Shown here: positions 1-13,489 of the stretch, one piece after another | Position numbering within the stretch: the stretch's first letter is position 1 | Layout: each line of letters starts with the position of its first letter | NCBI GenBank assembly: GCA_038087875.1 | Contig: CM075988.1 | Location: 14,262,001 to 14,326,000, forward strand | DNA from: Malacoraja senta | Lineage: Eukaryota | Reading direction: 5' to 3' | Length of the DNA: 64,000 nt | Made by a program: the position numbers and the translations under genes | Notes under the pieces: generated by a model | Seen by the model: only the letters and a program-made list of their open reading frames with translations | The model's database searches: none | Told to the model about the DNA's origin: nothing

Positions 1-593
1 GACTAATGCCATTCGGCTATATTTAGCAAGAAAAATTAAGAGCAAAAAAAATCTATTCTTACCAAAGCATTCCAGACGGCTTAAAACCAAAATCCAATGA
101 CCAAGGTTGGATAACATTTCTTGAGGTTTCTCTTGGTTCTAGATTGACTTTCATATTTATTTGGGAAGGTTATGACATTGCTGATAATGGTTTTTAATTT
201 GATTTGTATCTAGTTTTTCTCACCTATCTCAAGTTCATATTGTGTGAAAATCAATGAGGGACCAATGTCATATCTCTGCCTTGGTAAAGTAACGGCTATT
301 GAGTTTGTGATATTTTATTTTCCTCATAGCCATAATTTGTAAGACCATAGTTTAATTCTGATTTGTGCTGTTCCGTAGAGTAGACAGTTTCGAAATCCTT
401 ACAATCAACTGTGAAAATAGACACTCTCCTTTTGAAATTTAGATAAAATGTAACATTTCTTACTTGCTGATCTACAACAATTATTCTACATCATTAGCCT
501 TGTCTTCCATTGGTGTGTACGCAAATCAGTTAGAAAAATGACCACAGTTTAACCATGCCCATTTTAGTGTTGTCTTTTTTTACTTCTGGTTTC

Positions 594-860
594 AGAGATA
601 CAGCATGGAAACAGGCCCTTTGGTTTATGCTGACCATTGATTGCCTGTTAATGCTGGTTCTATGTTTTCTCACTTTCACATCCACTGACAATTAACCTAC
701 AAACCCACACACCTTTGGGATGTGGGAGGAAACTGGAGCACCCAGAGGAAACCCATGAGGTCACAAGGAGAATGTGTAAACTCCATATAGGTCATGACTG
801 AATCCGTGTCTCTAGCGCTGTGATTCAGCAGCTTTTCCAACCGTGCCACTGTGCTGCCCC
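594..860 (-). mobile_element. HE1-like V-SINE (tRNA-derived)
   Basis: V-domain gtgggaggaaactggagcacccagaggaaaccca plus CR1-like tail. Confidence 0.8.
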
Positions 861-1038
861 ATCTTGTGCATCATAACAATACTCCTAATCTTTAAGAACC
901 GAGAATCATGAAAAGTAGAGGCAGAATTATATTTGGCCATTTGCGATGGTTTACCTTTCAATATCATCACAGCTAATCTTTTATCTTTGCACTAACGCTA
1001 TATCCGATTCCGTTTTCTATTGATCTTTGTCAGACGTA

Positions 1039-1203
1039 CAGTGCCCTCCATAATGTTTGGTACAAAGACTCATCATTTAATTATTTGCCTCTGTACTCCA
1101 CAATTTGAGATTTGTAATAGAAAAAAATCACATGCGGTTAAAGTGCACATTGTCAGATTTTAATAAAGGCCATTTTTTGTCCCAAACATTATGGAGGGCA
1201 CTG
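1039..1203. mobile_element. Tc1/mariner MITE
   Basis: TIR CAGTGCCCTCCATAATGTTTGG(T/G)ACAAA at both ends, TA TSD. Confidence 0.9.
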
Positions 1204-1394
1204 TATATTCAGCAACTTAGCCTTTGCAGCCCTGTTGGGCAGACAGTTCCAAAGATCCTCAATGTTCTGGGTAAAGATATTTATTTTCCTCTGGGTGAAG
1301 CACATAGACCACTTTGGGAAGAAAATCAGTACATTTTTCTCCAACACACTTTTTAAATTTGGAGAATCTTGAGTGATATTAGTTTTCTTTAAAC

Positions 1395-1686
1395 TTGAGA
1401 GATACAGTGCAGAAACAGGCCCTTCGGCCCACCAGGTGCTCACCGACCAGCGATCATCCCATACACTAGCACTATCCTACACACTAGGGACAGTTTACAA
1501 TTTTACCAAAGCCAATTGACCTACAAACCCGTACGTTCTTGGAGAATGTGAAGAAACTGGAGCACCCAGAGGAAGGTCATTATGAGAACGTACAAACTCT
1601 GTACCGACAGCTCCTATAGTCACGATCGAACCCGGATCTCTGGCACTGTAAGGCAGCTACTCTACTGCTGCGCCACTGTGCTGCCA
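1395..1686 (-). mobile_element. HE1-like V-SINE
   Basis: A box, B box (gggttcgatc), V domain, and tail gggccgaagggcctgtttc..tgtatctc. Confidence 0.85.
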
Positions 1687-2774
1687 TTAATAGCTTTTCT
1701 TTATGTGCTCAGAAAATGTTTGCACTCAGGACCATTCCGAACATGTGTGGTTCAATATTCCAACAAATTTCATTCACAAACTAAGTCCTTAGAAGATTTT
1801 CTTTTGATGAAGTGGAGGTAATTTTGACATTGAAATGAAAATCATTCAGCATCTCCGCTAATTGGAAGACCAAAGGTATTGCACATAAAAGCAGCCAGTT
1901 TCAAGACGCCATTTATCTCAGCAATGCAAAAGTCACCAGTTCAGCTTTTAAACCAGATGTGTCTGCGTGCTTTCAGATGGAGGCATTTTCCAGGTTTACA
2001 GAAAATCAATTTTATTGAGCATTCAACACTGGAATAAAAGCTTTATATGTGTATAGTCAGTGTGAGGGACTAATTCTCCTTGGTTTAACCTTCAGCAAGT
2101 GTATCAAGCTGCAAAGGCAGCAGAAAATAGAACAGGCAAATCTGTGTGTCGGCACATGGAACCACAAGTACACAGTGAAACCAGTGCAGTTTAACCTTGC
2201 TATGATTTCTCCCCCCAGTAATGAGTGCTGAGATAATGAATGCGTACAAAGTCTTTGACTGCCTTGGCAGGTGCCTTCGTATTCATTAGACAAGGTATTG
2301 AAGCTTAACAGCCCCACAGCAGGGGCTGAAATTTACACCAGACTAGTGACTCTTAGTTAATCTAGCTTCCTCAGCAGCTACATTGGATACTTGTTGTTAT
2401 CATCTGGGCACTAATAACCGCAATAAACTAATGGCTGATCCATGCAGAAATATGACATTTCTTTCCAAGGGAACTTCTCATGCTGTTATGGGTTATAATT
2501 GTGCCTCTCAGGAAGGGAAAGGAAACATCGATACTGGGAATAGGTCAATTCACCAATTATTCTGACTACAGTGACTGCAACATCTGGTCCACAAATAGTG
2601 CTTAGAATAACATAGACACACAACCCTTACTTTCCCCCAGGGTATGGTTTGGCGTGAATCTGTAAACGTGCACTCCCCAACTGCACGTTTCTCACCATTG
2701 TCCATTCCAAGCACTACTGTAGTGTCCCTACTGTGAAATAGAATGGTCCTTTTGACTCGAGGGTGTAGAAATAA

Positions 2775-3075
2775 AATTCTACAGATGCTGGTTTATACAC
2801 AAAAGGACACAAAGTGCTGGAGTAACTCAGCAGGTCAGGCAGCAACTCTGGAGAACATAGATATGTGTCCACGGATAGACACAAAGTGTTGGAGTAACTC
2901 AGCGGGTCTGGCAACATCTCTGGAGAAAAGGAATATGTGACATTTCGGGTCGAGACGCTTCTTCAGACTGAGAATCAGGGGAGAGGGAAACTAGAGGTAT
3001 GGATAGGTGTCCATCTATCCATCTTTTCAAAGATGCTGCCTGATCTGCTGAATAACTCCCGCACTTTATGTCCTT
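2775..3075. mobile_element. Cluster of Penelope-tail repeats (tandem and inverted)
   Basis: Two direct gacacaaagtgctggagtaactcagc units, a reverse HHR-like core at ~2938-2966, then an inverted tail. Confidence 0.7.
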
Positions 3076-3470
3076 TGGTCCTTTTGACAGACGCTGTTTG
3101 ATGATAACTTTGTCAGTTTTACAAGAACAATTTTTTATTCTCTTCTTCAACTTCGTACATGCACTCAGTGCTCACTGCCATAGATGGATACCTCGTGCAA
3201 CATCAATGATGGACATAGCAAGAAACTGAAACAAGGAACAGGTGTAATAGGAAAACAGTTCCTGGAAAAAAAATGTAACTGAACAACTTCGAAAATTCCA
3301 AATTAATAATAACCTCACAGCAAAATGTGGCAAATCAAGATAGACGTAAAGTGCAAAATAAAAATAAACATTTGTCATGAGACTTCCTTCCTGCTCCTGA
3401 TCACCTGAGGTGTAACATGATGCTAAAGTGGTATCCACCTTCTGGTAGCCATGTAAAAAGAATAGACTTA

Positions 3471-3784
3471 AAGCCCTGTGCCACTGTACGAGTTCGTTCA
3501 AGAGCTCTCCCGAGTTAAAAAAAACCAACTCGTGGAAGCACGTAGAATGTACGTAGCGGGTACATCGGAGCTCGGGGACATCCCTTAGCGGCTCGTAATG
3601 CTAACGGCACGTACATGGGAAACGCAGGCAGCTCGGGAAGACTCGTGAAGATTTTTCAACATGTTGAAGAATGTCCACGAGAGCCCCGAGTACCTACGAG
3701 CGGCCATTACCGTAAATCTCCGAGTTCGAATCAGGGCAAACTTGGGAGAACTCTTGAAAGAACTCATACAGTGGGACAGGGCTA
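3471..3784. mobile_element. PIF/Harbinger-type MITE
   Basis: TIR AAGCCCTGTGCCACTGTACGAGTTC / GAACTCATACAGTGGGACAGGGCTA, TTA TSD on both sides. Confidence 0.82.
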
Positions 3785-4394
3785 TTACTAGAAATAAGCA
3801 GAATCGAGAGTTCCAAGGAAAAAGGCTTTTCAAGGTGTAGTGACAATGATTTTGTGCAGAACAACAATGAGGAATGTATGGAAGACGAGCTGATCTTGGC
3901 ATTAAGAGCAGGCAGAGCAGTGATAATCTTGAGATGAATGAATGCAGCTGCATAAGGAACAGAAAAAACTTCTGAGTTTTCATAATGGATGAGCATTATT
4001 CATTCTGCAAACAAGATGAAGAGTTAACAGTTATTACAAACTCTTCATTACAAATCTGAACTATATCCCTCTAATAGTAATATATTTCAAATAATGTTTA
4101 AAATAGGTTTATAATTCACAAGGCATGGGTTGACAATTTGTAATTGGGACTCCAATAAATATATTGAAAGCTAACCTTCTGTTATGATTTGTTTGTAGCA
4201 TGCAGTTCAAGACTATTCAAGCATTCATTTTGGATCCTTAAGAAAACCATGAAGATCTGCTTTGTCTGAAAATATATGGGTAGGAAGAATAAAGAAATGG
4301 GGAAACCAAAGCACAATGAAAGATAGCACAAAGCATGGCTGAATTGGAAATTGTGTGATCGAGAATGCATGAGTAAAGTTTTGTGACAAGATAA

Positions 4395-4660
4395 GGGGCC
4401 CATCATTTAAAACTAAGATGCGTAAAAATATCTTCTGTCAGAGGGTAGTGTATCTCTGGTATGCTCTGCCCCAGCAAATGGTGGAGGGTGGATCATTAGA
4501 ACTAGTTAAGTTGGATTAAAATAAATATTTAAAGGATTGAGAAATTGAGAACTAGAGGGAACTGTCGAGAAGGGGAATTGAGGCCAGTTTAGATCAGCCA
4601 CCATCATATTGAAAGACAGGGCAGGTTTGAGGGGTCTTTTGATCAACTCCTGTTCTTTTC
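4395..4660 (+). mobile_element. Old CR1 3' fragment
   Basis: cagagggtagtg..ctctgccccag..agatcagcca..atattgaa. Confidence 0.6.
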
Positions 4661-4676
4661 TTGTGTTTTGTTTATT

Positions 4677-4943
4677 TTAGAGATACAACGTGGAAACACC
4701 GATCCATGCCGACCACGATCACCCGTATAGTAGTTTCCTCCTACACACTAGGGACAATTTACAGAAGCCAATTAGCCTACAAACCTGCACGTCTTTGGGA
4801 TGTGGGAAGAAACCGGAGCACCTGGAGAAAGCCCGAGCGGTCACAGGGAGAATATACAAACTCCATACAGACAGCACCCGTAGTCAGGATCAAAGTTAGG
4901 TCTCTGGAACTGTAAGGCAGAGCTCTATCGCTGCGCCACTATG
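4677..4943 (-). mobile_element. HE1-like V-SINE
   Basis: Same family motifs. Confidence 0.85.
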
Positions 4944-7793
4944 TGTTCTTGTGAGAGTAGTGCTGAGTGAAAGGGAATTCATTCATTAAGTCTCACTTAA
5001 TGGAAGTAATATCAGAATGTGATCCTTAACTAAGATCGCCCAGTAATCCTTGCTGTTCACAATATTCATGTGTCTTTACTGGTGGGTAAAGCAATGCATT
5101 GTCTCTTTTTATGCAAATGGCTCACTTCTGATGGTGTTTCCTCTGTATACTTGGAGGAAGTGGATCAAAACGAAAAGGATAATCGGTCTTAGAAATGAAG
5201 AAAATATGAAAACTCTGATAACTTAGGTTAGAAAGTGGATATATGGTGGACCGTTTGAAACTGAGCATTCATGTAAAATGGCTGATACTGCATTAGAAAG
5301 TCGTTGAACATTCTCTTCAGATTAATGCTTCCACTGTTACCAAAGCAACAGCCCTTACAACGGACTACTATTTTGATATTAGGATTTCATGCTATTGACC
5401 AACATCAAAAGTACCTCACAGTGTTTATAAAGAACACTTACAAAAATCAACTGAAAGAGTGGATATTACTTTCACATTGCACAGGAGTAAAAAATACTGA
5501 GATATTCAAAGGTGATCTTTGATTTTGTTAATGTAATGCTTGTTTAATTAAGGATTGCAGCTGTTGAAAAATTATGCAATTTCAAATTATTTCCATATTT
5601 GAGATTGTCCCCATCTCTGCTCTTAAAAGATTCCTTAAACTAACTCTAGTGGTCTGGACAGCCCTTTTAGTTATTTTTAATTTAGTCAAGTAAAGGAAGA
5701 CCTTTCTCTGCTGAGGGAAAGACCAGGCATTTGACAATGCTCATTATCCAATTCTGGAGGATATATCAAATGAACTGGGTTGCGTTTATGTTTATACGCC
5801 AGGGAAATCAACTGAAGAATTGAAAAGAACTGGAAACATGGAAATCAATTACCTTTCCCCCCCCCCCCCAATGCTCTATCCTGAGAAATCTCATCATTTT
5901 TTTTACAAGATCTTTGAAAAGAGTTATGCCTACAAAACTGAAATGTGGTTTAATATAATACTGTAACTGAGGTCCTGATGGAGCATTCATATAACAATAC
6001 TTTAAGTGGCCAGGTATAAAGTTGCAGAGATTCTATTGTAAAGCTAAAGGTAACAGCTTACAGTTGTAAAGCGGAAATTTTCTGAAGAATATTCTGCAGT
6101 AAAGATATTGGGGATTGGTCCCATTTGTGTTAACTTAATTAGTCTAATGCTGATTTTATTAGTCAGTGTTAGAGTACATTTAACCTTAACACCCCTGTCC
6201 TGATTAAAGGAAACTCTGCCTAAGATATATGCATCCCATTTGAAGCCAGCTTAATATCACTCTCTTCCTCTGTGATTACTACTACAATAAAATCATAATG
6301 GAGATTAAAATCATTCCTGTATTGTTTCTCTCCATGACTGAATGCAATGTTTTCAGAAATACATAGGTGAATAGTACATATACTGTACGTCAAAATACAA
6401 TCAGATGTGGTGGCTTATTTACAAACAGCACATTAACCTGCATATGTGTTGACCCTGTAAGCTCCTATTACGTGCAATGTGTTCCTGTCAGTGACATTGT
6501 CACAAAGTGGAAAGGTACCTCATTACTCCACCTCACTTGAAGATGGTTTGAACGAGCAGTCAATACTCATACAGATATTTCGCACAAATTTATCTTTTAA
6601 AATTGTTGTCACATCACAGTTACCTTACAGTATGTCCACCTCTTCATATGTAACGAAATGCTGGTGACTTATCACTTAGCAGATGATTCATTTTACTGGA
6701 CACTCAAGCAACAAAACACAAGGTGCAGCGGGACAGTAAAACTAATGGAACTGGCCATCAATAAAGCGAGTAATAACCATAACAGCAGCAGGCAAACCCT
6801 CAAAAGTCATTGTGATGTATGGGAAAGAGTTAACGAGAATTTCTTTACAGCATTGGTAACATAACCTTTTTTTTGTGCAATTCTCAGCAAATGAAATTTA
6901 ATTAGCTATTCAATAAAGCTTCATAAATTTAATGCACGACTATTCTGAGGTACTGACCAATTTGTCCCTTACTTTATGTGTAGGAATGCTGTTGAGTTAA
7001 AATATGTAGCCTTTGAACAAAGGATTAAGCACATTGTGATGGGGCTATTGATCTTCAATGAAAGCCCCATCATTGTGTACACCGTGCATATATTTAGAAA
7101 TACATGTAGAAACAAAATTGCCTTCTGCATTGCCATGGATTGTACTTTCCTCAAACCAAGCAGATAATCTTTCTGGATTTAAAAGGTTTCCGATGTATTC
7201 TTTCACAAATCTTTGAGTCTCAAGTTATTAAGTCTTAATTCAATAATCTTCATGTTTATATCAAGCTAACGGTTTTGCCCTTTGTTATAATCAGTTGCCA
7301 TCAATTGTAAAGCATAGATTTTTTTATTGATTTTCTTAAATGACAGTAATGAGGATCGGCTGTAAGCTGGGCCCACACTGATGTTGTATTGCATTACTTT
7401 ACAAAGTCAAGTTGACTTAATGACATATTCCCCTGGTGAGTTTTGAGGTACTTACATGACTTTTTTTTTCAATTGTGCATTCAACAGGCATATACCCTGG
7501 TGAGGCAAACATTAGTTATTACAATCATATTGCACTACTCATGGAGTGTTTTCACTCAGTCATATTGTGTTGGAGGATTTGGAGATTCCCAGGATTATGT
7601 AACGATGGAATTTAATTCATTTTGCCATCTCATTAAGTTAAAGCATAATGCAGCTCGGTAATATACAATTGCCCTCTGTGACCCTGCTCTCAGTGAGGCA
7701 AACAAGTGACCCCAGAGATGGGAAGAGTGAAAATCGCCTCTATTGCAACTTCCTACTTTGGAGAAAAATATCAGAACTGTACACAATAATCCA

Positions 7794-7960
7794 GGTGTGT
7801 AGGAAAGAACTGCAGATGCTGGTTTAAACCGAAGATACACACAAAATGCTGGAGTAACTCAGCGGGACAGGCAGCATCACTGGAGAGAATGAATAACCCA
7901 TTCCTTCTCTCCAGAGATGTTGACTTTCACGCTGAGTTACTCCAGCATTTTGTGTCTATA
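7794..7960. mobile_element. Palindromic Penelope-tail element interrupting a CR1 fragment
   Basis: Inverted arms cacaaaatgctggagtaactcagcg / cgctgagttactccagcattttgtg. Confidence 0.7.
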
Positions 7961-8024
7961 ATGCAGATGTGGTCTGAATGGGATTCTATAGAATTTCAAT
8001 AAGACTTTCTTACTGGTGTAATTA

Positions 8025-8686
8025 CACATGTAGTGTAAGGGTTAAACTGACAATTTCAGGTAAAATATGAAATGGAGTTATCAGCTAAGTTAGCAGCCCT
8101 ACATTCCATGGCCACTCGAAAACAAGATTCAGACGCGTTTTCTCCTAGACGACCTTGAATTGTCTGGGAACACAGCCTTTCCCTGGCTATTCTATGGGGA
8201 AAAGGTTATGTGGGTGAACAAAACACAACAGCAATAGTTGGGTAGACTACCCACACCGCCTGCCAGATAGTTGCAGACAAGGGGGCCTTATAATTGGCTC
8301 GGCGAGGGGGCAGTGGCGCATTCTGCTTTGATAAGAAATGCCATAAAGGATGGTGTTGGGTGCCCTTTCGGTGAGAGAACTTCAGCCTTGGACCTTGTTG
8401 CAAACGGTGCCAGGTGGACTTGAACAGAAATATCCTGTGGTGTGCTCTGATGAGTTTGCGAGTGTATACGGGTTTATGTGAATGTATGTAGAAACACCCT
8501 GTGGCATGCTCTGCTGTATACTCGGGGTTTGCGAATGCGTTCGGGGATATACGGGGATACATGAGTGTATGTCGCTTATTTAGGAGTGTAATAAATTACT
8601 GTGAATCAAAACTGTTATCTGAATCCAGTGATTTATCAAACAAAACCCTCTTCACAGTGGCTAATATACAATTTTCACTCACATGT
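8025..8686. mobile_element. Probable non-autonomous DNA transposon with short TIR
   Basis: CACATGTAGTGTAA at the left versus TTTCACTCACATGT at the right. Appears to interrupt an old minus-strand CR1 fragment. Confidence 0.4.
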
Positions 8687-9758
8687 TAGCCTTCACTGAC
8701 CTGAGTCCAAGCACATAAGATCGCTTTGAACATCAGCACTACCCAATCTCGGTGGACCAGTTCCTGTGCAAAATGATGCTATGTTATTCCCTTTATCCTA
8801 TATCTGTACACTGTGGATGGCTTGATTGTAATCACGTATAATGTTTCCGCTGACTGGCTAGCACACAACAAAAAATCTCTTCACTGTACTTCGGTACACA
8901 TGAATAATTGAATTGGTGGTAGTCTAACAGTATAAAAATGGTTAAACTATTTGAAATAGCAAGGGACGTTCTATTCACTGTGCTATCATATCTTCTTATT
9001 ATGGCATTAAAAACTCTATCAATAAATCCCACTCATGTTGTCTGTTGTTAATATTAAACTTAATTTTTTCCCGTGGCTTTCATCTGCTTATTTGAATCCT
9101 GTGAACTTTCTCCCTTAAAATTTAATATTGTGAGTCTGTCTCTTTGCTAATCTGTAAACCCACTTGAAACAGAGCAGAGTGGAATTACGGCCATCTCGAA
9201 TTGTATTCCAATAACCTCCCCGTTAAGAACCAGATTAGCAGAGGCAAATGATCAAAACAAAATCATTCCTGGATACTGCACCAGATGTTGTCACTGCAAT
9301 CACTGCCCCAGGTTCGCTCTTCAGTAATCAGCTTTCTTAAATTAACACAGTCCTATCAGCTCCCATGATCCCATCCCATCACATGCGCAAAACGGATTTG
9401 CCTACTGCATCCAGTGTGCCCTTAAACCTTAAAAGGTCACAGCAACTAAATAGTCCAGTTCATTGTTAATAAAGTAAATTGATGCAGTTTGTTCACAAGT
9501 TCACAAGTTACAGGAGTAGAATTAGGCCATTCGGCCCATTGAGTCCACTCAACCATTCAATCATGGCTGATATCTGCCTCCTAATCCCATTTTCCTGCCT
9601 TCTCCCCATTACCCTTGACCCCCATTCTAATCAAGTATTTGTCTATCTTATTTGTCTATCTATTTGTTAACTGCTTGAACCTGATTGCATCTGGAATCAG
9701 TAGAGCTTTTCAACCAGGTTATCACGGACCTGCAGAAACCACACATCTTAATTGGTGG

Positions 9759-9941
9759 AGTAACTCAGGCAGCATTTCTGGAGAGAAGGAATGGGTGACG
9801 TTTTGGGTCGAGACCCTTCTTCAGGTCCTTGACCCGAAATAACACCCATTCCTTCTCTCCAGTGATGCTACCTGTCCCACTGAGTTACTCCAGCATATTG
9901 TGTCTATCTTTGGTGTGAACCAGCATGTGCAGTTCCTTCCT
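9759..9941. mobile_element. Palindromic Penelope-tail-derived short element
   Basis: Inverted copies of gatgctgcctgtcccgctgagttactccagc with an HHR-like core at the centre. 18-bp duplication ACACATCTTAATTGGTGG at 9741-9758 / 9942-9959. Confidence 0.8.
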
Positions 9942-10471
9942 ACACATCTTAATTGGTGGCTTAGTTATAAATAAATGTTGACGACAAATGGTTGGCAACA
10001 TCTTCTCACGAAAGATGATGGTGTAAGTGGGCTGATTGTAAGGGGAAAGGCACTAAAGTAGAGTTTCTGTTTTTCAAAGCAACTCTATCCCATTTCTATT
10101 ATTAATAACCCATTTAGATGCCATCCTATAGAGCACCAGCCTGCTCACTGGAAGGAAGATTAAAGTAGCAGCTAAACATGATTGCCACCAACAAGGTTGA
10201 ACAAAGCTTACCTGTTACAATGCATTTTTGACCTTAATGAAATAAAATACCCCAAGGAATTTTAAAGAACATAATGGAACAAAATTTGACTGATTAGATT
10301 GCATTTGTTTACAGCAATGAAATTCCTTGTCCACGTGAAGCTCAGAGAGTAAAAAGTACATACACAGTAATGATAAATACAACACTAGATACAACAAGTG
10401 CAAAACAGCAAAATAGTGCAAGATAGTTGTGCAAAATCCAAGAACTGCAAAGCATTAATATTAATATACAA

Positions 10472-11520
10472 CTCGACCAAGTGCAGACCCGTTGCAATAT
10501 TCCACCAAACTGTGCATGTGCTGCAGCCTCGTTCAAAGTTGTGCTGTTGTCGGCTGAAATTAAGTTAAAGTTAATAAAGTGAATAGAGGACCCGTGGAGG
10601 CGTTTGTAAAGTAGAAGGAAATTTACCCATGGAGCCGTTGTGGGCCTGTGGTGAGGCCAGGCAAGAACAGGCACAAAAAAAAAGAAGACAATTTTGTAAA
10701 TGAAATTCGGGATCCCATTGTGACGTTGTACGCTGCTGACGGGCAGGGAAAGTGGAAAAGTGGTTTGAAAAGTGATTTTTGTAAAGTTTAATATGTCAAT
10801 AACTTGTAAATATAACATAAATCTGAACAAAATTTGGTACTGCACATCCCAGGACAATGGTGAGTAAGGTAGGCCAAAAATTGTAGCGCTATCGTGTACC
10901 GTTTTGGCGGGAATTCGGGATCTCATGCACTCACATACATACAAATAAGATGAGAGTTTTAGTAATATGCTAGACCAAGTGAGACCCGTCGGGCCCCGTT
11001 CCCCCAACACAATAATCCATCACTCACCCGTTCCCCCAATGCAACCCGTTTCCACCACTCACCCATTCCCCCAACGTAACCCGTTCCCCCAACGCAGTAT
11101 TCCAACATTCACCCATAACCTCGACGGGAGGCCTGGTCCCTCAACGCAACCCATTCCCTAATGTAATATTCCACTACTCCCCTGCCTCCCCCAGCACTGG
11201 ACTTAAAAAAAAATCCCAGTTGCACTCCCCCTGCCTCCCCAGCACTTCCAATTCCAATTCCATTTCCCCTGGCCCCTCCCCCTCATGTTCAATCACTGGC
11301 TGCCAGGACCACGACTAATGTGTTCTATGATGGCACCATTGTTGCAAATGTCAGGTGGAGGACTATGAGATCCCATTGTGACGTCACAGCTGCAACTGCC
11401 AGCACTGAAGTGTTGAATTGATTATCAAAGTGGAATTAGTAAACTTAAAAATGTGGACGTGCGGAATCTTCTCAGATTCCTATAAAACTAAATTGACCGA
11501 TGCGTTTTCAGGATCGTGTC
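10472..11520 (-). mobile_element. Tandem non-autonomous Helitron-like units
   Basis: Minus-strand 3' end: hairpin gggcccgacgggtctc followed by ..ttggtCTAG (10970-11000), with a related end at 10472. 5' end atattactaaaactctcatc..gtatgtatgt at 10969. Internal acccgttcccccaa repeats. Confidence 0.65.
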
Positions 11521-11529
11521 ATCATTGTG

Positions 11530-11950
11530 AAAGGCCCACTTTGGGTTTCTAGTGATGCCGAGGAACTCAAAGCTGTGGACAATTAAATCTTTTATCTTGC
11601 TGACATCAAGGGTAATTTATTGTCCCGACACCATCAGATTAGGTTCTTGATTTCTTTCATATATTTTGTTTCATCATTGCTGTTGATCCAGCCAACTACA
11701 GTGGTAGCAGTCATCAGCAAAGTTGAAAATCAAGTTGGCGTTGCACTTGGCCACACAGTCATGGGTGTACAGGGAATAAAGTAAGGCCCTTGGTACACAA
11801 CCCTGAGGGGCACTAGTGTTGAGGATCAGGGTGCAGATGTTATGACCAATTCTAAGCAAATGAGGTCTGCCAGCCAAGAAGTCCAGAAGCTGGATGCAGA
11901 TGGAGGCCCCAAGGTCAAAGTCCAGGACCAGAAGTTTAGGGATAGACAAT
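11530..11950 (-). mobile_element. Degenerate Rex1/Babar RT fragment
   Basis: LDFLAGRPH..LNTSAPQGCVPRALLYSLYTHDC..FNFADD. Confidence 0.75.
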
Positions 11951-12729
11951 GTGTTCCACATATGGACATATACAAGTGGATAGCCAAATTTTTGTTGCCA
12001 TCCTGTTATCTGTAGGTTCTTAGTGGCTAATGTGACCAATGTGGAGCACACAAACTCTGCCACTTGTGGGTAGGGGGGACTTAATTGGATGGCAGTGGGA
12101 TAGCATGAGAGGAAATGCATTTCTTCTGCCATTTCCACTTAGATTCCCTATGCTCGTGATGAAGACTGGAGATTCTCCGTGCCTTCCCACGTGCCCCTAC
12201 ATCATTTTAATCAGCCATGGGTGGGGGTTCTCACTTCCTGCTGAAAATATTGCATTCTTTGCAGTGATTTGAGGTGCCTGCTGTAGGTAGGTGCCTGCTC
12301 ATATCTCTGAGGCATACAGGAGGGTGGGGTCACAGGAGCCCAGTAGACCCTGAGCTTTGTGTTGGGTTTGAGGTTCTGGTCTTTGAATATTTTTCCTTGC
12401 AGGGAACAAAAGGCTGTTGATGCAGGAGAAGAGCTGGTGAAGTCCAACGTTAATGATCACTTTTGTTGAGAGCTAACTCCTAAAATATGGGAAGTTATGT
12501 ACATTTCTAACGCCATGCCACAGATCAACATTGTCACAAATGGTGTTGTGCACTGAGGCAGGCTAGTGGTGGACTGTTTTGGATGCTGTGGATGTACAGG
12601 ATAAGGCCCTTCTGTGAATGTCCACAATGACTTGAGTTTGAGTTTTGTTTGAGTTTATTTCATTGTCAAGTGTACCGAGGTACAGTGAAAAGCTTTTGTT
12701 GTGTGCTAACCAGTCAGCAGAAAGACTAT

Positions 12730-13489
12730 CACAGCAACAAGTGATCCTCCGTCAGTTTCGCCACCTCCAACGTGACCCCACCACTCGCCACATCTTCCCA
12801 TCTCCCCCCATGTCTGCCTTCCGCAAAGACCGCTCCCTCCGTAACTCCCTTGTCAATTCTTCCCTTCCCTCCCATACCACCCCCTCCCCTGGTACTTTCC
12901 CTTGCAACCGCAAGAGATGCAACACTTGTCCCTTCACCTCCCCCCTCTACTCCATTCAAGGACCCAAGCAGTCGTTCCAGGTGCGACAGAGGTTCACCTG
13001 CATCTCCTCCAACCTCATCTATTGCATCCGCTGCTCTAGATGCCAGCTGATCTACATCGGTTTCGCCGAACACCTCCGGTCGGTCCGCAATAACCAACCT
13101 GACCTCCCGGTGGCTCAGCACTTCAACTCCCCCTCCCATTCCGTATCTGACCTCTCTGTCCTGGGTCTCCTCCATGGCCACAGCGAGCAACACCGTAAAT
13201 TGGAGGAAATGCACCTCATATTCCGCTTGGGCAGTCTACATCCTGGGGGCTTGAACATTGAATTCTCCCAATTCTGCTAGCCCTTGCTGTCCCCTCCCCT
13301 TCATCAGCCATCCGGTTGTTTCCTCCCCTCCCCCAGCCCTCGGGCTCCTCCTCCGCCTTTTTCCTTTTTTCCTTTCTTCTCCCCACCCCCTATCAGTCTG
13401 AAGAAGGGTTTCGGCCTGAAACGTTACCTATTTCCTTCGCTCCATAGATGCTGCTGCACCCGCTGAGTTTCTCCAGCATTTTTGTGTAC
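12730..13489 (+). mobile_element. Penelope-like element, 5'-truncated: GIY-YIG endonuclease C-terminus plus 3' tail
   Basis: ORF ..FPCNRKRCNTC..RFTCISSNLIYCIRCSRCQLIYIG..EHLRSVR..PVAQHFN..EEMHLIFRLGSLHPGGLNIEF (GIY-YIG, small deletion after YIG). 15-bp TSD CAGCAGAAAGACTAT at 12715-12729 / 13490-13504. Inserted into a Rex1-type LINE tail. Confidence 0.9.
13398..13426 (+). ncRNA. Minimal hammerhead-ribozyme-like motif in the Penelope tail
   Basis: CUGAAGA-A-GGGU(UUCG)GCCU-GAAA-CG-UUA: core boxes, helix II and palindromic ACGU helix III. Helix I pairing is not evident. Confidence 0.5.

Noticed and set aside
8036..8046. AGGGTTAA as a piggyBac end
   Set aside because: No matching TTAACCCT partner end was found nearby.
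10342..11010. 222-aa minus-strand ORF
   Set aside because: Runs through a Helitron-like non-coding repeat and shows no recognisable protein motif.
11005..11250. Short iterated repeats resembling a CRISPR array
   Set aside because: Eukaryotic context, irregular degenerate units without unique spacers, and no cas genes. It is internal Helitron repeat sequence.
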